Shown: one piece after another, positions 1-12,500 of the stretch
Layout of the letters: the number at the start of each line of letters is the position of its first letter
Position numbering within the stretch: position 1 is the stretch's first letter
Source: Botryllus schlosseri
Lineage: Eukaryota
Direction of reading: 5' to 3'
NCBI GenBank assembly: GCA_051294905.1
Contig: CM119372.1
Coordinates: 37,698,001-37,758,000, forward strand
DNA length: 60,000 bases
Position numbers and translations under genes: made by a program
The notes under the pieces: generated by a model
What the model saw: the letters and a program-made list of their open reading frames with translations, nothing else
Databases searched by the model: none
What the model was told of the DNA's origin: nothing

Positions 1-123
1 GCCTTGCAAGTTCACAATCTGTGTAATCCATTTTTGATGATATTAGAAATTTCAGAAATTACCTCGCGGGCCACTCACAACCTTCTCGCGGGCCACATGT
101 TACCCGCTGGTTGGCCGGCCCTG
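1..123 (-). mobile_element. End of a copy of the 57870-58573 MITE family (truncated by the window edge)
   Basis: Reverse complement matches about 57870-57981. Confidence 0.8.
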
Positions 124-506
124 CTATAAACAATTACATGGATGAAGGAATATTGGAGTCTCCCCACACATCTCATCATCTCTAATCCCACAATAATTTT
201 GACACAAAGTTACCAGGCTCATGTGTTGCAAAATGATCAGAACGCAACTTTTTTCACGCAATATATCGATGTTTCGTTAAAACATCCAGTCATCTTTTCT
301 GTTGGAAAATCAAAGCTACATGAAATATTTGCTGTGCGTGAATGCGATGGTCACTAGTATATCAACCGACAAAAAATAGATATGTATTTTCAGAAATCAT
401 GGTAACGCGGAAAATTAATACTTCCTAAAACTTTGTAAGCTACTGTTCAGACATCCTTCTGGTATGCTCGAGTTTTTGTTCAGTGACCATTCCTTTCATG
501 GATACG

Positions 507-595
507 TTATCTCTTGATTTTGTACATTCCTAGTATAAAGGCCATGGCCGCGGCTGCTGCTATGAATCCAGCATAGGTCAAATTACTGCCATTCG
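507..595 (-). CDS. Terminal exon: transmembrane helix plus short basic tail (ANGSNLTYAGFIAAAAAMAFILGMYKIKR*)
   Basis: Acceptor ctttttacacag|CG in phase 1, about 20 uncharged hydrophobic residues, then KIKR and TAA. Confidence 0.75.
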
Positions 596-3500
596 CTGTG
601 TAAAAAAGAATATGTTGAATACATAGGTGTCGGACATATATATAAGAGGTAGCACCATATCTGTTGTTGTCAATTATCAGCAGTATTTAAGTAACGTCAT
701 CACTAGGCAATAGATTTCATTTGGTGTCCCTTCGGTGCCTCATTGACTTACTTTCAGTTCTATTGATATGATGAGTTTAAAGGTTACAAAGTTAATCTTG
801 GATCACACTGTCGTGAATCGAGAATATGCGATTGTAATCCATCGTAGTAGAAACAAATTACTTGACTGTATGATACATTTTGAAGCAAACTTTCAACTGA
901 TATTTAAACAGTTCTTTAAGTCTTGCAGGGGGCTAAAAGTTAAAACTGTGCGCTCCCAGCGATGTTCACACTGGCGTGGAACGTAAGACAGAAACGTGCA
1001 TAATATGTCTAGAGACGGCTGGATGTGGCAGGAATAAGCATACTGCGTTGTTGAGGCTTGATAGGAGGTCAATCACATACATAATACATTTTAACAGTTG
1101 ATACTCACCATGTTTTGTATCGAAGAAGTTGATCACAGTAGAGCCTGTAACATATACAAAATTAGTAACAAAAGTTACATAACCGATATACATTCTGAAA
1201 AATCACCTGTGTTGTTGCGGTGATAATCTGATCCACGTGGACGGGTATCAATGTCAGACTCGCCATAAGCCCAAATCACTGTAGTTGGTTCATTCTGTAT
1301 AAAATGAAGGAGATACATTCAGCAGATCATTCCATTAAGTTTTATACCGCAGTATTTTACCGTTATAACTGTATCTCTTTTGTCGCCCGTGTCGGTCTTT
1401 CGACGTATAGTGACTTTGGTGTGGGTACCGTTTTCTTGATGCATAACCACGTAGGCATCTTGCGAGGGGTCTACTCGCGGTACTCCATTTCTTTTCGCGG
1501 AAGCGTCCTTGAGATAAACACAGATTAAGTGTATGGGTGATGAGAAAGTATATGAATTTTTGGGTTTCGGGTTGATGTAAAGCGGGGACAGGCAACATAC
1601 GGCCCGCGAGGGGATTTTGAGCGGCCAGCAGACCTTTCCCGCTCTTATATGACAATGTGGTCCGCGACCACACTTGCATATGCGTCAGGTTATGGTAAAT
1701 GTGGGTTATTCTTTTAGTCCTTTGTTTTCTCTATGTTATTTTATTCGGTTGTTGTTTTATTCGGTTTATTAACGGTTTTTATGCAAGTGCCATGCATGTT
1801 CTGTTCCATCACGAAGGACCCTTCCATTTAAGCCGGAAACATATCTTAGTGAAATTTGGGCTGGCTAGTGTAATAAATAAAGGCGGAATGGATACAACTG
1901 AAAGTGATGGTTCATTACCATTCACAAGACGAAGCTGCGATCCAATCTAACTGTTGTTGACGTGTAGTCTTTACGTCCGACATGCAGCCAGAGTTCGAAG
2001 AAATTTTAACAACTTTGATCGACCATATAGATGTCTTATTGACTTCAACAGCTATCAAAGTACATAGTGAATTTATTAAATACTATTTTGGTCTCTATGC
2101 TTCAAACTTAGAGCTTAGAATAAATACGATTTATTCCTTTATAGGTGAATAACTACGCGATTATTGTGTCGATTCGGGAATTTGGTCCGGCAAGTATACT
2201 TCATTATTTCCCGACCGACCGGAGAAGTTGCCAGCCATAGTGTAAAGGTTAACGCTAGCTCAGGTTATTTCGAATGCTAACGTGACGTTGGCCATTCTGA
2301 ATGACTAACAATATTTAATGCCTCGCTATTGCGTTACTCGATTGTTTTAAGTCGCTATTCTAAATGCGAGACATTACTAATTCTCAATTCAGATATGCTG
2401 ATGTGCAGCATATAAACAATGGTTTGGCTCACGCGGCGATTAATGGCAAACTGCAAATGAATTTACCGGAATGTATCCCACTAATCGTAGCGGTAAATTC
2501 ACACAATTGCGCTGAACATGATCACAAAAAGCTGTTCTGTAGAATCCGATTTTACAATAACTTGATATCAGGACAAAAATGCCAACGTGATTAAGAAGCG
2601 TATGTGACGGGAATGATGCACTTTGCTCTCAATACCAGGTAGAGATTTTCATGTAGGACATATAGCTTACCACGATATACGAATCTCCATTAACTCCCAT
2701 AATTATTAAATCCGATTTGACCATCGTTCCAGCGGGAGAGAAGCCGATTCCAATCCAGCCAGATGTTGGCGCACATAACTGAAACACGATGCCGTTCACA
2801 ATTAAAAACAATATTGCATTTTTTTTATATCACTCCACATCTTGTTATTAACATTCGATTACCACACAAGTCAGAATCACCGGATGGAATGAAATATCAT
2901 CTAGCCTCTCAATCGTCATACGCACTGGACTATTCATTCTTACAAGGAAACAATCACTATCACTCCAAAAGCTCATCATACTCAGTCATACTGCGGGTCT
3001 GTGAAAACACAAACATCGCATTCATATAACTGTTCAAATTATCCATGGCCTTAGCGCGTATTGTCAATCGCAGAGTGCCGAGAGGTTACACTTTGCTATC
3101 CGTCACAGAGTTTTTCATGAATTATCAAATTCCAAAAAAATTTGAACACCTTTTAATTCTGTGTGTTTTTATGGTTATTCGATCTTCTTACACGATAACC
3201 AAATTATAACAGTCAACAAGGACAAGGGAGGGGGATACTGATAAGGCGATAAGTCGTATAATCAGGTTCCGACATCTTACTTCCATTATGATGTTTTCTT
3301 CATTTGTAACCCACTTGAGCCTTACTGTACGTGCTGAATCCAGCCAAATGTCGTTTGGTAGTTCGGGCAGTTCGAACTTTTTCTCAATGATAAGCGACTG
3401 TCTGCTAGTCTTCTTTGGGGACTCGTGAGATGCTGTCGATACGTTGGGCCTGTTTGTCGTGGTATTGGTTGATACATAAGTAGCTGCCGCGGCGTGGTTT

Positions 3501-6500
3501 ACATTAACTGAGTGCTCCGATCCGCGCTTCAACATCACAGCGTCTGAAGACAGCTGGCCTGTGTGAGCACGAACATCTTGACTACCTGCAATATACTTGT
3601 GACTTTTCACTATTGGTAATTTTTATATGGGCATGGAACAGGGCTCGGCAAGACCTGTCATTCGTACGAACAGTGTCACGCCCAATGTTCCCGCTAATTT
3701 TCACGAGGAATACGGACATGTCCTAGATCTCCATCCTTCACGGTTTTCTCGTAATCAGATATGCCAATAGACAAAAATAGCACCACTGAATGCAACACGA
3801 GGTGCCTTATACTTACACATAGAGCCGTCGCTTATCATTTCGCCGAAAATGTCGAGCCAATATCACTCTTTAAAATACATATCGGCATCGCACATTAGAG
3901 GTAAAAATAAATATCACGATAGTAAGGAGTCAGCGGACTATAATCCATGAGTTGGATACTTAGGAATATTTATATTTAGTATAGTCTACAGGCGTACAGA
4001 CTCCGGTTTTCTAGTTTATTTCATGGTCAAGCATAGCAATGGCTGAACACTGAACAGTTGCTCAAATACCTTATCTAAAGTTTTGGAAATGAACCTTGAA
4101 CCGAGCGTCATTTATTTTTTTAAATCGTCTGAATATTTCGGGGTTATCGGTGAAGGTATTAGTTATCCACAATGTTCCCTCTAAGCTGCGCGCTTGCGCG
4201 GCCGCGGATTGCTGACAAACTCGCAGCGCACAGAAAAACGTGGGCCGCGCACGAGAAAGCCGAAGTGATGAGCTTTTTTACGTCGTTACGCACTGTTGTC
4301 GAAGGGACCACGCAGTGGATTGGTGAGTGCGCGCAGACTCGTTAAAAAGAAGAGGGACATTGGTTATCGGTTTTATCGGTATAGGGTCAAAAATCCGATA
4401 TCGGTATTTTTCGTTCTACATAGCCTATAACGCATAATGTTCGGCTGCTCCACTTTTCTACTAAGGCTCAGGCTCTCGGCACATTTCAAGTCTATGTACC
4501 AATACGAATAATGGTATAATCGGGCAAACACTGCAAATCCTTACACATAGGTCAGGAAGACGACATGAACCATATATCTCACCGGCTTGTTTTGATGAAG
4601 CAATCATCTCCACAGTTGTTGATCCTGAATTTAATATGATTGTCTAAGTAAGTCTAATATTTACGCTTCTGAAACTAAGACACTTACCACTGCGATCGAC
4701 TTTGTAGTCGAAATCATCCGGCATATTGAGTAAGTCATGTACACCGTAGGCCCAGACTATGTGGATAGGTCCAGACTGAAATGTCGATGAATATTTCAAT
4801 TTCATATAAAAAAAAAAACATCAGGTTGCAACTATACATTGAAATTTGTATCAGTGGATCGTATTAAAAGGTGATAAGAACGGTTTATGTGTATGCTTGG
4901 GTGGGAACTTATTTTGTAGCCAGGCAACAGCTAGGGCATACTTGACGGTCATTAGACAACTCAAGGTTTCCCTCAAGAATATAATAACCTTCAGAAAATC
5001 ATCTAGTGTGATATATTTCTTTACTTTTGAACGTCACTGCGACAACTTACGAGTTTGTAAAGAGTTATATTTAATTTATACACTTACGTTTGTAGGCAGA
5101 GGCAGGAAAAAAATTGACGATATCCATGAAAATTTATGGTATGCGGTTGAAAATATGTTTATCAGGACGGAACATTACTCATCTACAGTGACGTATTGGG
5201 ATGCGGGCCTTTTCTGAGAGGTTTCAGCCACCGAGTTTCAGCACTGAATTTGTTTTTCTACAAATATACATCACTTGCATATGATGATGTAATTCGTGAG
5301 AGTGATAAGAAATAACACAAAAACTATATTTTCGGATCGCCAAACTTCAACAGTAGCTAATTTGAATTCAAACGCTATTAAGGTTGAAGTGTTCGGAAGC
5401 AAAACTGATTATGTGAACGTATTTTTCAGATGCGGGAACGAATAAAGAGAAGCGACAGTTTAATTGATGATATACTCACGATGATACTCAGATCATCCGT
5501 ATTTTCAGCAATGATCTTTCTCCTAACAGCAATGGTTGTGTGCGTTTCGTTTTCAAACGCAACTAATAATTCAGTGTGTTGAAACGCATCCAATTCCAGC
5601 AATCCTTTCTCATTTGCGTGCGTATCCTTATGAAAACATCATCTCATTATTTCTATGGGTGATTAAATCATAGCGCTTCATTAAAATAGGAATTAGCAAC
5701 ATTTTTGTAGTTGACCATATGAGGCAATTACTTGTCTCATATTGTTCTTGCTATTGCGAGAAGCAGGGTTTTCTCATAACTATTATCAACTAGACATGGG
5801 GTAATCGCGATTAGTAATCGTAATCGATTACGACGATTACAGCATTTTCAAGTAATCGTAATCGCAATCGATTACATTCGAAAAAATTCCGAAGTAATCG
5901 TAATCGTAATCGACTACTTCCCACATCTAATCGATTTTTTTTGTGAAAGAACGATTACTTTTTATTTGTACAAGGACTATGAAATGAACTGAATATTCGT
6001 GAACAAGGAAGAGATGTTATACCAGTTATGTGATAGCACAAACGTTATTGATTGGAACCTAAATCCCTATTACTATAAATTAGGGCTGCTTTTAAAACAA
6101 AAAACACAATTTAAAGCAAACATGTTTAAAAGACGGCCATTGTTTAAAACATGTTTTTTATTGTTTCTTTTTTAAGCAATGACGTCACGAATGTGAATTG
6201 ACATTGACAATTGAAAATATAGGGTAAATATAGCTTCTCTGACGAAATATCTTTAATATAACTGTTGAACCGACTATTTTGAGGGGTTCCAACCCACCTA
6301 TATCGATGTATGTCGGCTAAATCGAGCGGCAATTGTCCGTAGGCTCATACAACATGTTTTTTCGAAAGCATTACACAAATATGGCATAATTTTACAACTT
6401 GAAAAAACACTATTTCAAGTTAATTAAATCTCTCGAAAATACTCTATAATTTATGTTGGTTACGAAATACTTTTCAGTCCCTTTCGAGCTCGCTTCCCAC

Positions 6501-9500
6501 CCTATTGGGAAATTTGGGGTACGGCAGTCATGGACCTGGCAAGAATGCAAATCGCTGGGTGCGAATAATCGTCCATTATAAAAATGGGCAATATGTACAT
6601 TATGACGTAGCAAGCAAATGACGCATCTTTTTCAAGGAAGTTTGTCATCTCATTAGGCCTTTTCAGCGCAACCCATATATTGTCTTCCAATATAATCTCG
6701 AAGATGCAAAATAAATGTAATCGTGAGTAATCGTGATTACTTTTCCAATGTAATCGTAATCGTAATCGACTACTTGCTGATTTTGCTGTAATCGTAATCG
6801 TAATCGTAATCGCGTCATTCGGAAGTAATCGTAATCGCAATCGATTACATTCATGAAGTAATCACCCCATGTCTGTTATCAACTACGTAATGTTAATAAA
6901 TGCATCGATAACTAGTAGCTTTTTAGTAAATATACAGAACTGTTAATTCGAACCCTCCATCAAATTCAGAATCTTGGTATATAATAACGTGATGTGTACT
7001 CAATCCATAAACCGGTTTACCGATAACAATTAAGATAGTTATCAAATATTCTCATGCGAAGATGATAATGCAAGCTGAACCGGATCTTGTACGAACAAAC
7101 CAATGAGTACATTTTGGGTATCTTGGGTATGGAAGCATAAGACTCAATGGAATACTAATAGCACGTTAGTTATGGGTATTTCGCGTGTCAGGAATAGAGG
7201 TATAGACTTAGTCCTTGTAAATTGTAAATTCACATTCAAGGGGTTGCATCCATCGTTTTCCTGATTTCCTTGCTCATTCGCATGCCAGTAAACGATAGTC
7301 AACGAAGCGTTGAATTGACAATAGCAAGCATACGTGAATATAGTCCCGACGCTGCTCATCTATTCCGGCAATGATCATATCCAATCCTGTCATCATCTCG
7401 TCTTCTGCAAACCCGATTCCGATCCATCCCAGACCGGCTGCAACCACCTAAATATGGAAAGGATATAACATGATTTTTGATTGTAATTCACCAAGTCGAT
7501 AGCGCGTCAATAATAACGCCGCATGTGGTGATGATGGTTTGAGTTAGATCCATGATGCGTCGAGTTCTTGTGTTCTTGGACTTCATGTTCAAGCAGCCAA
7601 GTAAGCAGTTCGAATAAGAGATCTGCACTGTTCAGCGTAACACGCTATCAGTAATTTCTTATAATTTTATAGTAGAAAAAATGTGACAAAGGAACAAAGT
7701 TGATACATTCTTAATACGAATCCAATGTAATATGATACAACGAATCGAATAAAATAGCGGTAACTTCTGCTTCCGCCGGCATGAGGATGAAGATGATCAC
7801 ATCGATGTCAAGTCACATGCGGGGATATCGGCAGTTTATATTTGCTTTGAATAGTATATTCATAATGAAATGAGCCCCAATATTTTCGGTGGACACTCGT
7901 CAGCGGTAGTCGTAACCAACTAGTAGAGAATTGCCGAAAATATTCCGGCTCATTTCAATATGAATATACCATTCAATCGTGTAATGAAGTTCTGTACCTC
8001 CAAGAAGCTCTTCAAATATTTGCTTTGGTCAGTGTTAGAAGATTTGCATGTTGCTATCAACGAATGCATAAATTAGGATTCCTAGCTACAGACAATTGCC
8101 ACACGCGTTATTTCATGGATCACAAGAGCTTTTATGATGCATACGTCCTCTTTTCATTTTGTAGTTAGTATCAGAAAGTTTCTCAATGAAGCACAACGAT
8201 GTCAACGAAAATTTTCAAACACTAACCTGAATCGTCATGTATTGATCATCGGAACTCCATTGCATGAAAACAGATTTTTCTAGGGCAGTGGACATTGGAG
8301 GTACGTATGCTATTCTTTTCGCTGTACTAACTGGAACCTTTGTCGAAGACATAGACGCAGCAGCAGCTGTGCTAGTGACTGCGATTCGTCTGGTAATGTC
8401 CCTGGTAGTTGATGAGACGCGCTTCTCTTGGGTCCGCCCACTACCCGGTAGACCGTTCAGACTTTGATCGGGTATGTGAGTCGTTGAAGAAATTAGGCTT
8501 GCAGTCTCGGGCAATTCAGAAACGGATGTGTCAATTGCTTTTTTTCGTTCTTGAGAAGTTGGGACTTGTTTGCTGGATCCATCTGACTCAATCAGTTCAA
8601 TTTCTTTGTATCCTGTAAAATACCACGGTAGTAATCAGAGGCAAATCCCTACTTGAATTAGGCTACATGAACTACTCTTCATCCGTAGCATTCCATCGCA
8701 TACCATGCGACTACGTTACATAGGCCTACGTACGAAGTAAATACTACATTCTTTTAAAGGTCCGAGCGAAATCGGGAACCTGACTGATTCTATTTTCAAT
8801 CGAGCATTAAAATTCAAGTAGATTGGAGCGTTCGAGTATAGATAACTAACCTGCGGATAGATACGCAACACCCGTCGTCACGCTTGCTTGCCCGGAGGGA
8901 ATTACTGCTCAGCAATCTGAACGCAGCACAATTGCTAATCCCATCTGACGACCTGAGCGCTTAAATTAAATAAAGTTGATCTCATTTGAAAGCTACTGTC
9001 GCACTGATTTTGAAAATATACATTAAAATCTTACCAGGGCAGCGGAACCCACTCAAAATACACCTAAAAGTATGAAAATCGGCATTGTTACTAGCCATGG
9101 CAGCAACGCAGCACAATAACCATAACAATGGCCCTTGCATCGTTGCGATTGTTTACAACGATGCAGATTTTCAGACTTTGAGGTGTATTTTGAGTGGGTT
9201 CCGCTGCCCTGATCAGATTTTAATGTATATTTTAAAAATCAGTGCGACAGTAGCTTTCGAATAAGATCAACTTTATTTAAATTAAGCGCTCAGGTCGTCA
9301 GCTATGGGATTAGCAATTGTGCTGCGTTCAGATTGCTGAGCAGTAATTACCTCTGGGCAAGCAAGCGTGACGACGGGTGTTGCGTATCTATCCGTAGGTT
9401 AGTTATCTATAGTTCATGTCTCACTTATTGTGAAGTTATGGAGTAGTATGAATGAAGTTGAAGGTTAAAATATGTACAAGTAGGCCTACATTCTACGCGA

Positions 9501-12500
9501 CCACGAAGAATATAATGTCAATTCCACATCACATTGAAAACGATTTGGGATTTTTAGCCATACGTACTTCATTACACATTGCGAAAATGCTGTGGATTGA
9601 TCAAGATTTCAAATATATGTCGTTTCGACTAACTAGCGTAGAATCATACTAGATTTTCGTATAATACGATACGCCCAATCGAGGTGTACATTAAACCCTT
9701 CTAAAGTGGAATATAGTATCGGAATTGTAAATCTCGTTGATAAATTAACTCATAATGTCGAGGAGCATATAATTTCACTATAACAAAAATTGGTGTCTTC
9801 ATACACGATTCGAATCAAGGGAATTAACACTCAGATTCCAGTACTTAAATCATTGTACTTGACCCGACTCCTTTAATATGTTTCCAGCAAATTATGGAGT
9901 TTATTACCTCGATTATTGTAGTGATAATCTGTGTTTTTCGGCTCGTCCTTCATGTCCTCGATGCCGTAGGCCCACAATACTTTCATCAAACCTGCCTGAA
10001 GTGCAGAAGTGATCCTTAGCATTATAATGAAACGTAAATCAAAGGAGTCCGAAGAGGAGTTTCACGAACATTAATTCTGGAGATATAACTCCAGCTGGAT
10101 TTAACGGGTGACATCGTTGTTTCCTATTTTAATATGCGCTTGTATTCAATCCCATTGGTTTAGTTTAGAACTAAAACTATAATTTTCAAGAAATGGTTTT
10201 GAATGAATATCTAGAGTTGCATTTGAAACAAAAATCAATTTAAAACAAACATTTTTAAAATATGATCCTTGTTTGAAACATTTTTTTCTTTTTTTAAAGT
10301 CAATACGTCACGGACATTCAATTGTGACGTCAAAGTGGATTGGCTCTGACAATTGAAAATGTACGGTGAATATATCACATTTGACGAAATATCTGTACTA
10401 TTGCTGTTGAACCGACTGTTTTGAGGGTTCCAAACATTCCATATCTATATACGTCGGCTATATCGGGTGTTAATTGTCCGTAGGCTCATAGAACATGTTT
10501 TTATGGAAAGTATTTACACAAATATGACATAATTTTACAACTTAAAATCCTATTTTTAAAGGCAATGGTTTGAGACACTGTTTAAAACATGTTTTATACG
10601 AAGTGTTTTAAAACACCGTTTGTTTCAAATGCAACCCTAGATCATACAGATTTATCATTACTGGTGTAAGTTTACGAGAGGTCGTCAGTCAAGAAGTACT
10701 TTTACTTTTCCAATATTCCAGTAAATTCTTTCTACTTGTACCGCTTTCTTTCGTGTGTTTTTGAGACGAATACGTACTACTCAAGAAGTTAATAGGTAAA
10801 ACGATAGGATTAGCTTTAACATAAGTTGAGATCCCTTTTAGAATGAAGTTGTCATTAAGTAGCAAGAAATGACGGATATATCACGGAACCAATTTGCAGT
10901 CTTATTAGCCATTTTGTGTTTGTGAAGAAGAATCTGCTTTTGATTACTTCTTACTTCAGTACTTTTCAAACCTGTCTTGATATTTCTTGAAAATACCTAC
11001 TTCAATCTATACTAGAGTAGGCTATTTATTTAGGCAGCGCTGTAATCAAGTCACAAGGTTTTGAGTCACAAATCAATCTCACTTTTATAGTTTAGACTAG
11101 AGTCAAGTCGAGTCATTTTCAATTCACTACCGAATCAAGTCAGAGTCCAAGTCAGCTAGTAGAGGGTCGAGTCTCGAGTCACAGTGTTTTGATTCGAATT
11201 CAACTCATTATATTTACAGTTGAGTTTTCATTTCAATCCGGTTCAACCCTTTTTTTAAACTCTGCTAGAGTGATATAGAATGGCTCACATTTATAATATG
11301 GTAATTTTTCTCATTCTTAACAGTTTCTGGCCCTATTTTCCAAGTACCAGTATTGACAGACGAAATATCCATAATGTGGTCATTTTTCTATTCTTCGAAG
11401 TTACAATGAAATGTCTGTATCGCGTCAAGTCGCGTCATAAAACAATCGTGACTCGGGTGAGTCGAGTCATTACAACCCTGAATGTTAGAGGTTACTTCTG
11501 CATCTACTTGACTACCAACGCCGACTCCTTTTACCACCTCCAATGTGGAACAAATGTTATTGCACAGTATATTGCTGGTATCACAATACTTCAGAGTCAA
11601 AAGTTTCTGATTAGACTGAAAGATTGCCGAAGTGACTCACTTTTATCGCAATGTCTTGATCGTCTTTCGTATCGCATAATCGCGAGTGTACAAGTATAGT
11701 GTGCGTACCATTCTGGTAGGCGTCAATTAAGATTGCGTTTTGAATTTCGTCCCGCTCCGGAGCGCCATTCATGCTTGAGTGAGTGTCCTGTAAATCGACG
11801 TTTGCACTGATTTCGAAACGCTTACAATATGCTAGATGCCGAGCTATATGCTGCTGATATCATTCGTGACGACTTATCGGATCATCACAGACAGCTTATG
11901 ACCGCTGGGCTAAAGAAATATCTCGTCTGCGGTCCTAATTTTATATCGGCTGATACCCGTCGTGAATAAAATGTCCGTAGCTGCGCGCAAATCGTAAACT
12001 ATTTATCACGAGAGGAGCTTTCAAAAATGAAAATGGATTTATAGAACTGAAACACTGCCCCTATTTAAACATGCTTGTTACTGTTATTGTCGTGTTGATT
12101 GCCCGTGACAACATAGAGATAAAATTACCCTAGAAATTGTAATACTTTGGTTCACTGTCTACCAGGAAGTGACTTGCGGTCAGGGGAGGCAAGTGAGGCC
12201 GTGTCTCACCGGTCGTCAGGGCGAGTAGCATAAAACTGAGAAACCTCAAATAATTATTGATATTTCTGCCAATGTTCATAAATAACCCAATGTGAATACT
12301 GTATAACTCAACATCAACGATTTACATATTTATTTTCCATAAATACAGCGCGATAGGAGAGATGAGGCACAAGTGAGGCACAGACGAATCTGCCTCACCA
12401 TCTATGAACCTCGCCGCACGTCACTGTTACCAGGAACATATAATGCTCTGTTGCTACATATAGATATGGAGATAATAGCTACGGCGGTGTATTGATTCTT

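Noticed and set aside
740..759. Possible alternative terminal exon (ELKVSQ*) giving a soluble isoform
   Set aside because: Only a weak aatag acceptor supports it; could be chance.
5801..6860. CRISPR-like or coding (ITITIT/RLRLRL/DYDYDY) repeats
   Set aside because: Hexamer arrays without unique spacers, inside a MITE with TIRs and TSD; eukaryotic context.
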